Positions 24,871-39,104 are shown, counted from the first letter of the stretch. The stretch: 64,000 nucleotides of DNA from Lama glama (GCA_028534125.1 CM052818.1:27158001-27222000); one strand, 5' to 3'. Translations and numbers: made by a program. Notes: a model not told the origin generated them from the sequence alone.

Positions 24871-27800
24871 GCAGCTTTCAAACTGTGACAAGATCAAAAA
24901 GCCCAGAGCACATTCATGCTGGGGTGAGAATAACTTTGCATTCACATCAGGGATCATTTTTCACACCTGGAATTCAAAGCATCTGAAAACAGATATCATG
25001 ATCTCAGTTTTACAAATGGAAAAAAATTGGAATGAAGGGAAGCCCTAGGTTGACTGACTGGCTTCATTGCCCGGCCTCCGGCTCCATAAACACACCCCCT
25101 GTGCCCATGCAAGCTGGTATGTTAACCTGCTACAGTATCTGCCCCTGATTCTGGGACACCTTCCAGCTCGCTGCTATGGCCCACTTCTGTATTCCTTTGT
25201 CATGATCTCCCTACCAAATGTAAGACAACCAAAGGAGGAGAATTGTTGTTCAAAGACAAATCCCTAACCTCTTTAACAAGTGCCTGGCATTTATTTGACC
25301 ATCAATGAATATGTCTTACATGAATGAACAAAAAAAAATTCTTCTCTATCTAGTCACTCGGATTGGCAGGTGCATTTGGGCCATGTGTCTAGGCTCTGAT
25401 TTTGAGACGTCTACTGTGTATTGGCCAGTTCCATGCCCTGCAATCTTGGGTCAAAGGAGCCTGCCTTTGTTAGCAGGACACAACCAGCTAAACATATTCT
25501 TTGCTCCACCCAAGACTGACAGGCAAGAAGGTAAGACTCTAGAAGATTAGACTTTTTGTATTTCAGAAGTGTAAAAAGGAATCCTCCAAACCCTGTATAT
25601 TGTGAGAACTCTGTCGATGCTTCACTAGTGAATTCAGTGATGCAGCCCCTCTGGGAGAAAGAATAGACCCAAATGCTCATATACGTAAGTACAGTGAATC
25701 CAAACAGGGCCTCTCTCCAGTGGGTTCATCCAGCCTGCTGTTACCTAGGCTAGCTTGCCCTGCAGCCTGGGTGCATGAGGTTTCCTTCAGGCTGAAGTTG
25801 CCCTTGGTGTTCATTTGAAGCTTACCTCCCGAGCATAAACAGACTACTCCATCACTGCTGTCACAAAGAGTTGGACAGCTAAATATCTTTGGACTTCTGC
25901 TTCATTTCTTTGATGACTGGTGAAGCAGTCAACAACTTATGTGTTTGAACAGAAAACCTTCCACAAAGATTGCCTCATACAGAACTATATCTCCTGATTC
26001 CCCGATGTCATCTATAGGATTTTATGGGATTCTCCGGTGGGGCCTGTGGGTTCATGCTGACTTAACTGAGGCGGTCACCTTCCCAGATGGTATATTTGCC
26101 CTGTCAGGCTCCCGACACCACCCCCCCGCCCCGCGTCTGATTTTCACACCACTTTAGGAGTCGTGCCAAAGACAGGCTGAATGTGATCTTCTCCTCTGAT
26201 ATATGCCACAGGAAGGTGCTCAAGTTGTAAGGTTCCCTGGATGTTGGCGAACACATTATTCAGGATGAAGCACCTCGGAGTGGGTATTGCGTTTTCATTT
26301 CTCATCCAGCAAGAGCAAATTCATCACCATCAACTACAGCTGAACGGGGCTGGTCAAGACCTGAAAACTGACCATCTGCAGGCCGGGGTTATCCCCACTG
26401 GTCGCACACAGATGACTAATGCAAGATGCTGTGTCTGGGGAGAAAGATGGACGAGCCATCCAATGGGTCTTCAAGATGAGCAAGCACTTCCAGGCATGGG
26501 GACTTTTCCAGTGCCCTCTGCTTCAGCCCTAGTTGTTCCTGTCTTTATGCTGTCATGTGGTCAACAATAAGATACGGGGGATCAAAGGGAAGGTTATGAT
26601 TAAGTAATTGAATGAGAAACAAGCAGCATCTGCAACACACGCTGCTGCATGCACATACTTGACCAGGTCTTCTGGTGGCCAGACTCTGTTTGCTGCTACA
26701 CAGGTAACCTGCGATACCACACTGGCAGACCAAATAAAACCCCTTCTTGTCAAACCTTTAAAAATAAAGACCTTAATTTATGATCCCTAGAAAAGATAAT
26801 TATAAGGATGGGAGAAGCCTTCTCCTATAAGGACTCCTCGACCCCATGCAGCCTTAAAGGCAGTCGAAATAGGTGTGGACAGTCCTGTGTTACCATAACA
26901 CCTATTGATTAAAGAAAACTGTTCTGTGGCCTTAGAGTGTTGGGGTGGTATTTGTGAGGGATGCGGTCATTATCAGTGGAGGAAGCAGAGGTGGGTTTTG
27001 TGGCTTTGGTGATGTTCCATCTAGTTCTATACCTGTTTCCCCAGGTGAACCATTCTGCCCTACACTTGTTGGGAAGCTGAGGTGGGTGGGCCATTGCTGG
27101 GTCTTTTAAGACAAGGCTAATTTGACTTTCCCTTCTTCTGCCTGGCCTCCACTAAAGTGCAAGAAGTTTAGATTATTTTACAGGTCTCCAGGCTGGAGGC
27201 TTAAGACAGGAAGTCAAATGTTTTGCAGATAGCTTATTATCAGAGGAAATGTCAGCTGAGTCAGGAGCATTGTTCCTCAAACAGACCGGGGTGTTGAAGG
27301 ATTTAATTGGGGTGAATAGTTGAAGCAGGACAAAGATGGTTTTTCCTTGGGGACCCGTGTACTCAGTTAGAAGGCCAAAACAGAAATGCTTATGCAATGA
27401 CTTTCTTCCTAAAAATTCAGAACACTTCAAAAATTCCCACTAATTGTATTCACACCACAACTCTGAAGGCTAGTACACTTATGGTGCAATTGTGTTTTTA
27501 GGGTAGTTAGGTATGTGCCCATAATTCCTTTTATAGCCAAGCACATTCATTAGAAACACTGAAAATGTATTGAGTAATCAAATCACTAAGTATTTTCATG
27601 GGCTGCAAAATGAAAACCTTGTGCTGGGAGAGGAGAGTATTTAGGGACATTCTGAGAACTTTTTAAAAGAATGATCCACTCATTAAGCCTTCCTACGTGT
27701 GTATTTCAATTTCAATACTTAAGCTCTGGGTATTTTCACTTGTTTAGTCTTGGATGGAGAAATTTGATTTTAAAGTCTTTTATTATAGTGGGTTTGCATC

Positions 27801-27906
27801 TTCCCATGATTTCTGCTCTCTGAAAGTAGATGCTATGTTATTGGCTACGTAGATATTTACAACTGTCACATCTTCACTGTAATTTGGAGTCTGTAACATT
27901 ATAAAG

Positions 27907-28070
27907 CAGCACTATCCAATAGAACTTTCTGGAATGGTAGAACTGGTTTCTGCACTATACAAGTTAATTAATGAAATAAAATTAAAGATTCAATTCCTTG
28001 ATCACGTTACCCGCATTTCAAATGCTTAGTAGCTATGTGTTGCTTGCGGCTACTGAGTTGGACAGCACAG
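27907..28070. mobile_element. hAT-Charlie MER3/MER33-like element nested in an old L1
   Basis: Degenerate TIRs cagcactatccaa ... ttggacagcacag; starts cagcactatccaatagaactttctg. Confidence 0.75.
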
Positions 28071-28324
28071 TTCTATAGTATCTTCTTTGTCTTGAATTCT
28101 ACCTTGTCTGATATCACAAGCTTGATTCCTGCCTTCTTTGTCTTTGCTTTTGACTGGCACAACTTTGCATAACCTTTTATTTTTAACCTTTCTGAATCAC
28201 ATATGTTTTAGGCAAGTCTCTGGTATAGAGCATAGAGTTGAATTCGGCTTTTATCCTAGGTTAGTTAAGCTTTATTGATAAAACCTCTGTGTTTGATCTC
28301 ATTTCTTTCATTTTTAGTGTTTTT

Positions 28325-28552
28325 AGGTTTTTTTTTTAATTAAAGTATAGTCAGTTTACAATGTTGTGTCAACTTCTGGTGTACAGCATAATGTTTCAGT
28401 CATACATATACATACATATATTCGTTTTTATATTCTTTTCCATTATAGGTTACTACAAGATATAGTTCCCCATGCTATACAGTAGAAACTTGTTTATCTA
28501 TTTTATACAGAGTAGTTATAATCTGCAAATCTCCAACTCCCAATTTATCTTT
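28325..28552 (-). mobile_element. Cetartiodactyl-type L1 3' end
   Basis: tttaattaaagtatagtcagtttacaatgttgtgtcaacttctggtgtacagcataat; near-identical in pattern to the copies at 4450 and 47828. Confidence 0.85.
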
Positions 28553-29114
28553 CATGTTTACATACTATAAATACTAGCAACCCCCCTCTCCTTAGTTAAT
28601 GTGTACTGGTTTCATGCTCTGAGCAAAGTAAAATTAGCTGACATCCTCTCATCTCTTGTTCACTTTCCAAATTCAGTCAATAATATTATCTTTCTTAGTG
28701 TTTATCTTTGTACTCTTAGGCATCTACAATTCCGTTTGTCAGCAATAAATGATATCCTATGACCTCCTACTGCTCATGACACAATTAATGTTTTTCTACT
28801 TGCCCTATTCCTACCCTATTCTCTCCTTCCTTTTTCCCTCCAACATTTTATTATGAACATTTCCTAATTTACAGTGAAGTTGAAAGATTTTTGCAGTGAA
28901 CACCCATATATCCACTACTCAGATGCTATAATTAATATAAATATGTTCCTGTATTTGCTTTATCAGTATGTGGCCATCTAGCCATCTGTCAGTCCATCTC
29001 ATTTTTTGATGCTCCTCAGAGCAAACTGCAGACATTAGTACATTTCCTCAAGTCCCTCAGCATAAATATCACTAATGAGATGTCACTAACGAGAGAATTT
29101 CTAAAGGCTATGCT

Positions 29115-29900
29115 CCAGTTACATTTATTATAAACTATTGGCTATATTCCCCATGTTGTACAATGTATCCTTGTGGCTTATTTTATACCTGATAGTTTGT
29201 GCCTCTTAATCTCCTACCCCCATATTACCCCTTCCCCCTTTTCCTCTTCCCACTGGTAATTACTAGTTTGTTCTCTGTGAGTCCACTTCTTTTTTACGTT
29301 CACTAGTTTGTTGTACCTTTTAGATTCCACATATAAGTGATATACAGTATTTGTCTTTCTCTGACTTACTTCACTTAGCATAATGCTCTTCAAAAGTCCA
29401 TCCATGTTGCTTCAAGTGGCAAATTTTCATTCTGTTTTATGGCTGAGGAGTATTCCATTGTGTGTATGCATATGTATGTGTATGTGCACACCACATCTTT
29501 ATCCATTTACAGATGGACACTTAAGTTGCTTCCATATATTGGCAATTGTAAATAATGCTGCTATAAACGTTGGGGTGCAGGTATCTTTTTGAATTAGTGT
29601 TTTTGTTTCTTTTTTAGGTTGTATACCCAGGAATGGAAATGCAGGGCATATGGTCGTTCTAATTTTAGTTTTTTGAGAAAGCTCCATGCTGTTTTCCGCA
29701 GTGGCTGCACCAATTTACATTCCCACCAACAGTGCACAAGGATTCTCTTTTCTCCACATCCTCGCCAACAGTTGTTATTTGTGTTCTTCTTGGCGATAGC
29801 CATTCTGACAGGTGTGAGGTGACATCTCATTGGGGTTTTGATTTGCATTTCCCTGATGATTAGCCATGCTGAGCATCTTTTCATATGCCTGTTGGCCATC
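29115..29900 (-). mobile_element. L1 3' region with ORF2 C-terminus
   Basis: ORF 29594..29899(-) [34 protein letters not shown]...[23 protein letters not shown] is L1 ORF2. Confidence 0.92.
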
Positions 29901-29939
29901 TAAGGAACCTAAATCTTTGGCATACTTTTGCTTGTTTTG

Positions 29940-31145
29940 AAAATTGCGAGCACTGTGTAGCCCGACCCCCAAGAAGATATAAAAGATTACCATCACTCCC
30001 AAAAAGTTCCCTTTACTTCTTCCTCATCAATCCCCACTCACCTCCCAGAGGCAAACTTCTGATTTTTTTTCCACCATGAATTAGTTTCATCAGTTTAAAA
30101 ACTTCACAGAAATAGAATCAAATAGATGAACTCATTGGGTAACAGTTTCTTTTACTCAGATACTTATTTCACTCAGACACAAAGACAATTATAATGTTTT
30201 TGAGGTTCGCCCATGTGGTTGCTTGTATCAGTGATTTAGTCCTTTATATTGCTCAGTGCTACTGCATTGTGAGAACATCTGCAGTTTGTTGTATATTCTC
30301 TTATTAAGACACACTTCGTTTCCAGTTTGGGGCTATTATGGGGCTATTCTATGAACATTTTTGTACAAGTGTTCCTATGAGCTTTTTAAAAATTTCTCTT
30401 TGGTCAATACCTATGAGTAGAATTATGGGTCCTAGTGTATGGCATTAGTGTATTATTTTTTTTTAATTGAAGTATAGTCAGTTAACAATGTTGCAGCAGT
30501 TTCTGGTGTATTTGTGTATGTTTACATGTAGGTGTATGTTTAGTTTATTAGAGACTTTGAGATCATTTCCCAACTGGTTGCACCATTTTATATTCACACC
30601 TACAATGTATGAGTGCTGGTTTCTCCACATTCCCCACCAACGTTTATGTTGTCAATCTTTTAAAATTTTATCCATTTTAGTGGATGTGTAGTAGTATCTT
30701 TATGGTTTTAATTCTCATTTCCCTGATGACTAATAATGTTGAGCACACTTCATTTCCTTATTTCCATTTGCATATTTTATTTTATAAAGTGTGTATTGAA
30801 ATTTTTTGCCTGTTTTAAAATTAGGCTGTTTATCTTTTTTATATTGAGTTGTAGGTTTGTTTATTTGTTCTCAGATACTGGGTACCAGTTATTTGCCAGA
30901 TATACATTTTAAGAATATTCTCTTCTAGTCTGTGGCTTGCTTATTCATTTTCATAACAGTATCTTTCCATAAGCAGACATTTTTAGTTTGATGACATTTG
31001 ATCTGATTATTTTAAAAATTTATAATTATTGCTTCCAGTGACCTAAGAAGGTTTTGACTACCCTCAAGTCACCAAGACATTTTCTTATGCTGTCTCCCAA
31101 ATGCTTTACTGTTTCAGCTTTTACATTTTGGTCTACGATCCATTT
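29940..31145 (-). mobile_element. Older L1 3' region containing a ~55-bp younger L1 tail at ~30455-30510
   Basis: ttccagtttggggctattatg...ttgcaccattttatattcacacc...ccctgatgactaataatgttgagcac. Confidence 0.8.
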
Positions 31146-32499
31146 TCTCCCCCTTTCCTCCTGTATTTTCCTCCCATAGCTGTGTTGGTGCTACTATATC
31201 AGAGCATATAATATTTGCATATTATTTTCTACTCACTTCTGAATTTATTTTAGTCCCATTTCTAAATGTGTTTATGCTCACCAGTTTCCCAGTGCTCTTG
31301 CGGTTGGGTGAAGCTTGTCCACTAGCAAGTTCCTAGTGAAGGGGTCATGAGTACAATATTCTCTGATTCTCAGCTTCAATACTTAAGGATGGTTGGGATT
31401 GATAATACATATTTGGTTCATACTTTCTTGCTTTGATTGATGTTTTAAATATTAGCTATGTTCCATTGTTTATTATTTTTCAAAAGGGATTTCAATTATG
31501 TAGAAACTGGAAAAGAGATCCATTTATTATTTTAGACTATTTTCTGAAGATATACATATAACCATTTCACCTTAGTATTGTCTTCAGGTCCATGCAGAGG
31601 GCTGCCTTGTGTGTTTCTTTGGCACAGATGGTCATTTGTAAAATTGGGTGTCTGTGAGTTTTGAATTTGTATGTACCTGTGAAAGCATATAATAAATCTA
31701 GGGTACTAAGAAAATATATGCAATGATAATAAAACCACTGTTCACTATTTTTATACTGAGAAGTATATATCTAAGGAGGCAGAGGGGGTTTCCCTAGAAC
31801 AATACTAGAATTCCAAGGTTAGAAACACTAGGGATAACTTACTAAGTTGATAACCCAGAGTTTATTATATAAACTTGGACCCAGATGTAAATTAAATTTT
31901 AATTTCTGATTTAGGAAACCTTTGAGTAATTACAAGTTGGGTAATACAGCTGATTTCATGGGAGTATGCATTTTTCCCTACTTAAATCGTTCTGCATTTG
32001 ACCATTCCTTATTTAGGAAGTCCATATAGAAGTGTATAAGAAATGAGGAATCGTTATCTCAAAATACGTTAAAGATTTTTACGCATCTCTTGCAAGCATA
32101 GACGCCAGCATCTGATCTAACTGGGTTAATGTGAGATAATCCATGGAATTCAATATGCTTCTCTATTTATGTCACATGAATATCACAATATGGTTTCCAA
32201 ACACACGTCATCTTGGCATAAAAATAAAATTATATAACAAAACGGAAGGAAGTGAAAAAATAAATGTGTAACTTACAATATGCTGGAATTCTTAAATATT
32301 GACTTGTGCAAAAAAGATTGAATTCGTCTAACACCACATTGGCAACTGATAAGCAAAGAATAAGAGTGGGGGATTTTTGCACCTTTCACATGAGGACAAA
32401 ATCTAAAGTTTTCATGAAAACTGTCAATCTGTTTACTGGGGTAAAATAAAAAAAACAACTAAAGGAAATCTTTGCCCTCCATGGAAATTTTAATTTCAA

Positions 32500-33060
32500 A
32501 ATAGAAATTGTTATATTTAATGTTTCCTCTTATAAAAGTCACACAAGCTTTAAAAATGTAGAAAGTGTAATTGTATATAAAATGGAAAGTGAAAGCCCCC
32601 ACTGTCCCCCCCTTATAACTGATCTCGTGCTGCAGTCACTAATACTAATAACTTAGTGTTTTAGGCACTATATAAATGTTATGTATTAAAAATTTATAAG
32701 TTGTATCATTTATAGATAAACTTTTTTGCATTAATAGAATCTGTAATCTTGTTTTTTTCACTCATCATCCTGTGTTGGACATGTTTCCATGTTAGTTCAT
32801 ACAGATCTACCTTCTCCTTTTAGACAGGCTGATAGTATATAACAGGCCATTGTATGAATGTGACTTAATTGAGTTAATGCATCTCTTGCTGAAGAATAGT
32901 TGATTTTTTCCCAGTTTTTTTGATACTATAGACATTCTTATATATATATTTATCTTCCTGGAAAATGTATTATTTTTTTTTAGAAGTGAAATTTGCATAT
33001 AATTTTGAGGTGAAAAGGAGCGGCTGTTTTCAGTTTCGATACATAATGCTAAACTGTACT
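32500..33060 (-). mobile_element. Very old L1 (L1ME-like) 3' fragment
   Basis: tttttttcactc...tggacatgtttccatgttagttcatacagatctacc. Confidence 0.5.
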
Positions 33061-33269
33061 TTTGGGTTGTTACGGCTCTTGAGAATTTGCTTGGTTTGGA
33101 AGATGACCAACAAAAGAATACTAGAAATTTAAGATAATGAGGCCACATTAAAATCAATGTATATTATGAAGTCATTATTTTTGTCACGAGAGAGATAATA
33201 GGACTGGAGAGCAATTTCAAAGCACTGATCAACTAGTGTACAAAAGGCAGAGGTAATGAAATGGTATAC

Positions 33270-33410
33270 TTCTCACCTTTTTATAAAATAGCAATAAGGG
33301 TACTTCCCTCATAGGGCTGTTGTGATGGTTTAATGAGCTAATAGTTGTGAAACTCCTAAATTAGTACCTGGCACCAAGCAGGTGCTCGGCAAAGTATTAT
33401 TGATATTTCT
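33270..33410 (+). mobile_element. MIR fragment
   Basis: tataaaatagcaataagggtacttccctcatagggctgttgtgatggtttaatgag...gtacctggcac. Confidence 0.7.
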
Positions 33411-34424
33411 ATAAACAGAGTTTGTCCTCGTAAAAGAGTCCTCTCTTAGCTCTCATGATCACACTTTTAAATCACTCCTTTTGGCTTCTGCTTTCATCAA
33501 GTATGAGACCCTTGGTAAACACTTTGTGCAATTTAGTGTGAACAAGAGACAGTTGTATTAAAAAATGGGTGATCAAATGTTATGCTATGAGTTGTGGGCA
33601 GCTAGGGATTACAAGTCAAGGCCAAAAATTGAGGCCAGGCGGGTCTGTCAGATGCCAAGGGTCAGTGTCTGACAGGTGAACTCTACCAGTACGAGCTCCG
33701 ATGTCAGGAGGTGAGAGCCCGCCAAGAGTCAATGAGCAAGATGACTCAGGGAACAGGACACCCAAGTGCCAGGCGTCAGAAGAAGGCAGGAGCCTGGCTC
33801 CGTGAGCGCAGAAAGGCTCAGGCTGAGGCAGGATCCGAAGTTCTGAAGTTCAGGGTAGCCAGCCAGGGGCCCGCGGGGCCCGCAGCACAGCTCCATGCCA
33901 AAGAGGCTCGGCTGATAGCTGTTTCCGAGCTCTTACAGTCTTGTGTGGGTCAGAGCCGATCACAGAAGAGCTTGTCTGCGTCCTCCAGGTGCAAGTAAGT
34001 GAACGAGGCAGCAGAAAGTCAGGTTATTTACAGGAAGAAAGAAGAAATAAACTTTCTGCGATGGTTGCAACACACTGGGATGGAACCGTCCTACAGCAAA
34101 GCATTCAAAAAGCCTTTGTATTAGGAAGCCTCGCATCTGCTATCATCCCTTGGGAAATGAAATGTTGCTGCATTCTTTTCTTTGCATTTTTACAGTAATT
34201 AAATATCTAAAATTTATATCGCTCTTCTAAGATTCAAGCAGTTATAGCGCTAAGGTCTCCGCCATGTGCTCTGTCTGTTATTCTCACCTCTGTTTCTTCC
34301 TCAAAGATGTTGGAAGAGACATTGCTGTGTGTTCTATAAGGCGGGTGGGGACAGGATCATGTAAGCTATTTTAGAAGCATTGCTCTTATACTTGGAACCA
34401 TGAAATATGCATGGAAGTATAAGT

Positions 34425-35130
34425 AACTGTTTGAGGCCGATCCCTAGAAAACAGTGTCTGAAGCTAAACTGTAAAACACTTTACTGGGAAACACAATCCC
34501 AGGAAGCAGGCGGGAGGCAAAGGAGGAGGAAGGGCAAGTTAGGAATCCGGCCACAGCTGGGTGATGAGCGCTGTTGAGTGCTCATTCTTGCAGGATGTCT
34601 TCAGAAAGCTAGTTTGAAACTATTATAGCTCCATTCTGGGGGTGCAAGGGAGAAGAATCATCCTCCGGCTTCCATTTCCATTGATCAAAGTTTGATCTGC
34701 AGGGCGTCACTCCCTCACACTTCCAGGTTGCACTACCTGGCTCCTCCGTCAGCTGTTGGGGAGGTTAGATCCAATACAGCAACCATAGCATCTGCAGCAT
34801 AAGCCACAGTCATCAGGGCAAGCCAGAGTATAGGCGTGAGTCAGTGGCACTTGCCACATCCCTGCCTGCAACGTGCAGCCTCGCAGGCCCCGCTGGGTGG
34901 GTGCCCAGTGGGTTTCTCGGTATCACTTAGCTCCAATTTTGCAGCATCTCATGCCCCAGCAGCAGGAGGGAAGTCCAGGTAAGACACTGGTTGGCCATGC
35001 CCACAGGCGTCATGAAGGACTGCAGCATTAGCTGGTGCCACAACCACAGGAACAACACAAGCCACTGCTTAGGGCCACCTCAGCTGGAATGTAGAGCATG
35101 TGCCCAGGTCTGGGGTGGCCCTTCCACTGA
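34425..35130 (-). mobile_element. Old ERVL-type LTR (LTR16/33-like)
   Basis: tccctagaaaacagtgtctgaa...tttactgggaaacacaatcccaggaagcagg resembles ERVL LTR ends; extent uncertain. Confidence 0.45.
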
Positions 35131-35437
35131 GCCCAGTACTGTGTCATTTACATGTTTCTGATTATACAGTACTAACACCATTGGGCACTCGTTGCCCAAA
35201 GCACTTTATATGTAATCTTATGTATGAATCTGCCTTCATATATATTGTTTTATATTCTATTTTTTCCATTTAATTTTCTGTGGTGAAGATTTCCCCATCT
35301 CATTCAATATTCTTCCAAAGCACTTTTCACTGGCAGCAATATATTCCAAGATGGGGATAAACAGTCATTCATTTCACTCTCCCATATTATTGAACACATT
35401 GGTTGTAATTCTCTGCTCTCATAAATCATTCCATGTG

Positions 35438-35800
35438 GGTGAGTCAGATTTGTCTAGTCTGTGTTGTTATTAACAAACAACCCTCAAATCTCAGTTGCCT
35501 AAAATAACAGAGATTTATGTTTCACTCTTGTATGGGGTTAGCAAGGGACCGCTGCACATCACAGTCACCTAGGGAGCTTGTCTAACAGAGCAGCACCATC
35601 TCCAATGTCACTGGTCACTGCCAGAGGGAAATGATAACTCTGGAGAGATTCACATGGGCAGTTAAATGCATCCTGGGAGTGACACATGCCACTTCTGAAC
35701 TCACTGGTCAAATATAGTTGCAAGACCTCACCCAACCACAAGGGGTCCAGCAATGGAAAAACAACCAGACGCAGCAAATCTTAGTGTGACACCATTACTA
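35438..35800 (-). mobile_element. Old MLT1 (I/J/K-like) LTR
   Basis: taacaaacaaccctcaaatctcagttgcctaaaataacagagatttatgtttcactc. Confidence 0.7.
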
Positions 35801-35904
35801 ACATCCTTGTACACAAATCTTTTTATTTTGTTACTTATTTCTTTAAACACTTTTATAGGAAAATTGTTGTAACTGACAGCATAAACGTTTTTATGTTATT
35901 GATG

Positions 35905-36345
35905 CCTGCAGTGGAGTTTTAAATTTTGGCTCAGATGCATGGTTGCCCTTTAATACTCTCTTTTGTACAGGGGACTGGGAGCCCACAAACTACATTTCGC
36001 AGACTCCTTTGCCAGTTGGGTAGACACCATTTTTTTTTCCTGCTTTCAGCTCCATCAGCAGCCCTGGGAGCCAACTCCAGGTGGTTAAAGGCTCCAGCCA
36101 GCAGCAAGTCAGAAACACCAACAGGATGGTGACTTCCGCCCAGGGCCTGTAGTGACGCTTGTGGACCCTGGGTAATCCCACCTTTTTCCTTTTGCTTCTC
36201 CAGGCCTAGGGATAGAGTTAGCTTCCTGCAGTTAATGACCTCCAGGTAGCATCATCTTCCCCTTTGGTTTCTCTGGCCCTTCTAACTATTATCTGATTAA
36301 TCCCTGTATTAAATTTCTTGTATTTAAATGCCTGACTGGACAACA
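35905..36345 (+). mobile_element. LTR33-like ERVL LTR
   Basis: gggactgggagcccacaaactacatttcgcagactcctttgccagttgg...ccctgtattaaattt...cctgactggacaaca. Confidence 0.65.
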
Positions 36346-37839
36346 ACCGCCCTAGTATATATGTCAAATTGCCCTCTAGAAAGTTTGTACCTATTTACTC
36401 TCAGTCCCACAGGATTTGAAAGTACCTTTAGCCTTTACCGTAAAGAACACATTTGGTATTATCATTTGAAAACTACCTTCCAATTTCATAGGCACTAATT
36501 ATTTCACTTTAACCTGTATTTCCTTGCTTCCTGTTGTGATTGAATTTTTAATTTATCAGTCAATTGTTCTTTCATTAATTGATCATTCATCATCTTCATG
36601 TATTTTAGGGCTATCTCTATTTTTCACTGATTCGCAAAACATCTAAATATGTGAAGTATTTTCATCTTTTGTCTCTTATTTATGTCTCAAATATAATCCC
36701 AGTTTGTCATTTGCCTTTTCTGTTTATGGTGTTTTATAACATAAGGAAATTAATTTTTAAAAAATTAAGTCAGTTCTGCTAATTATTTACTATATAATTT
36801 CTGCTTTGGGGTTGGATTTTAAAGACTTAATTAAGGTTTTAAAATTTCCTTCATAAAATAGTTTTAACCAATTATCTGTTAGGGTCTAACGGATAATACA
36901 ATTAGTGATTCATGGCTTTTTAAAGTGGTTTTATTATTTCTTTATCTTTCTGCCTCTTCTTATCTGGATAACAAAGGGATGTACACAAGGCAAAGAGGAT
37001 CATGGCCTCTGGCTTCTGCACACTGAAGTGAAATGCTCCCCACAGAATCACAGCAGCTCTACGTGGATCTCACGGCCAATGAGCCTGCTCACAACTCCAG
37101 AGGAAAGTGGTCCACGAAACTGCTCTCCTGTGGATACTGTGATGTGAGAAGTAATGGCCAGAAGGTCAGATCTCCTAGATCAGCTGTCCCTCCTTTGTCA
37201 GTGCAGCCAGGTACCTCATCTCTGCATTCTGGGCCCCCGTCTTGAAAAGTGATTTTTAGTTAGTATACAGAGAGTTCTTCTCTGGGCACCTACCTCCCAC
37301 CCCAAATTATGCTCAACATTTTTAGCTAATGCCCTTCTCTGTTGTTTTTTTTGAGTTTAAGATGATGAAATTATGTGTTGGATGGATATGAATCTACAAT
37401 TTGTAAAATTTTATACATAAATAATTTCTACTTAATATTTCACTAGAGGATAAGTTACTTTTCTATTCTCTTCGTTTCTTTCTTTACCTTTATGCTTAGA
37501 AATTACTTTTCCATTTCAGCATCAGGAAACCATTGATCTATCTTTTCTGCTCGTTTGGAGATGACAACTTTTACTCTGAGCAGGGAACGGCGGTTGGGCT
37601 GTGAAAAAATTCTTGTAGCAAATAGCAGTAGCTGATATGCAAAAAAAATAACATATTTGTCTCCTATACCTTTCTGAAGCCTTTTTTTTTTCATTATGAA
37701 AAGCATAATTTTTAAATAGTCCATTTTACTTCATTTCTCTCCTGGAGTCTGTTCTATGGGCCCAGGAAGAAAAGGGCGTCCCGGACAGGGTGTCGATTTC
37801 ACACTTCCCAGGAGTACTGCTGCTTCCTAGCCACCTGGT

Positions 37840-38040
37840 GCGGAGCTTGGCAGGCTTTTTCTGTAAAAGGCAGCTAGTAAATCTTTTAGGCTTGGAGGGC
37901 CTTAGGGATCTCTATCGAAACTACTCAGTTCTGTCGTTGTACTGTGAAGCAGTCATAGGCAGTGTGTAAACTAATGAGAGTGTTCCAATAACACTTTATT
38001 TACAAAAAAAACCCGTAAAAAGTTATAGACTCCTGCTCTA
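37840..38040. mobile_element. MER58A-like hAT-Charlie element
   Basis: ggcaggctttttctgtaaaaggcagctagtaaatcttttaggctt...actactcagttctgtcgttgta...tgttccaataacactttatttacaaaa. Confidence 0.8.
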
Positions 38041-39104
38041 GTCTCAGTACCGCAGAAGGGTAATCTGGGAAGTGATTAACGACTCCTTCAATGTTTGTTA
38101 CTTACTTTTGTGTAAGTTAGGAATGCTGACCTATTTGAATCTCACAGGTTTGTTTAGTTTGGATGTTGGTTACTGCTGTTAGGGGAGGCAGTTTTTGACC
38201 CATGTCATTGATGCCTTGTTCTTCTTCCTTATAGAGTCAAGGTCACTGTCTTTCTGTCTGGGGGTGGTTTCTATGTGTGTTTAACTGTGGTATCATCGTG
38301 TCTTAGAGGTGAAGTGACCAGCAATCATAAGGTCGGTATAAGGCTTTGACTGAGAAGTCACTGATTGCTTCTGCCCATGTCAGTCTATTCATTAGCATAG
38401 ATTATGGGTTATAATAGCTGCTTAATAATTTTGGGGGGTGGGGGTGGGGAGTGGGTCAAATAGAAAAATAAAAGATCAATCTCTCCTTAAAAAAATATCT
38501 GATCTCTGATCTCCACAATCGTTTTAAGGTCTTTCCTCCTCCTTGGTAATTCAGAGATTAAACCATGAATAGACTCTTAATATTGTCAATCCATACTTGC
38601 TTTCTTCCTTCCTCCTTTCTTTTCTTTTTTCTTTCCAAAACCCAGTTTAAAAAATGGCCCACAGTAGTAATAGAGTAAAATAAATATTAACTTTATTCTC
38701 ATTTCAGAGAATATTTCATGCTTTGAAATTTTTCTTAGTTTTTATAATAGTTTCTTAATCTCTGTAAGACTTTTCTGTTACATTTTGGCCATTGTTCTTG
38801 AATTGCATCTCATTGGACTGCAATTTTGGAACATCATTTTCCATAGACAACAGAAAGAAAATTCAGTCTTAGTAATTTATCAAAATATTTTTCTTTATTG
38901 TTGATAGTTTAGAAAAGTTTCAGGCTCATGACTTGTAAGTAATACTGTCAGGTAAATGTGTTAGATTATTGTCAAATTTAGAAAATTTTTCTCAAATTTC
39001 TTAAATGAGCTCTAAGATTTCATGGCAATGCAGATGCTCTGTGCAGTGACTAATGTTTACTATTCCATGAACTAACAGCACTCTTTGCTTGCATTGCTAG
39101 GGTT

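Noticed and set aside
26241..26570. 109-aa ATG-initiated ORF in repeat-poor DNA
   Set aside because: No recognisable homology or domain; length is within chance range for 64 kb in six frames. A tblastn/PhyloCSF check would settle it.
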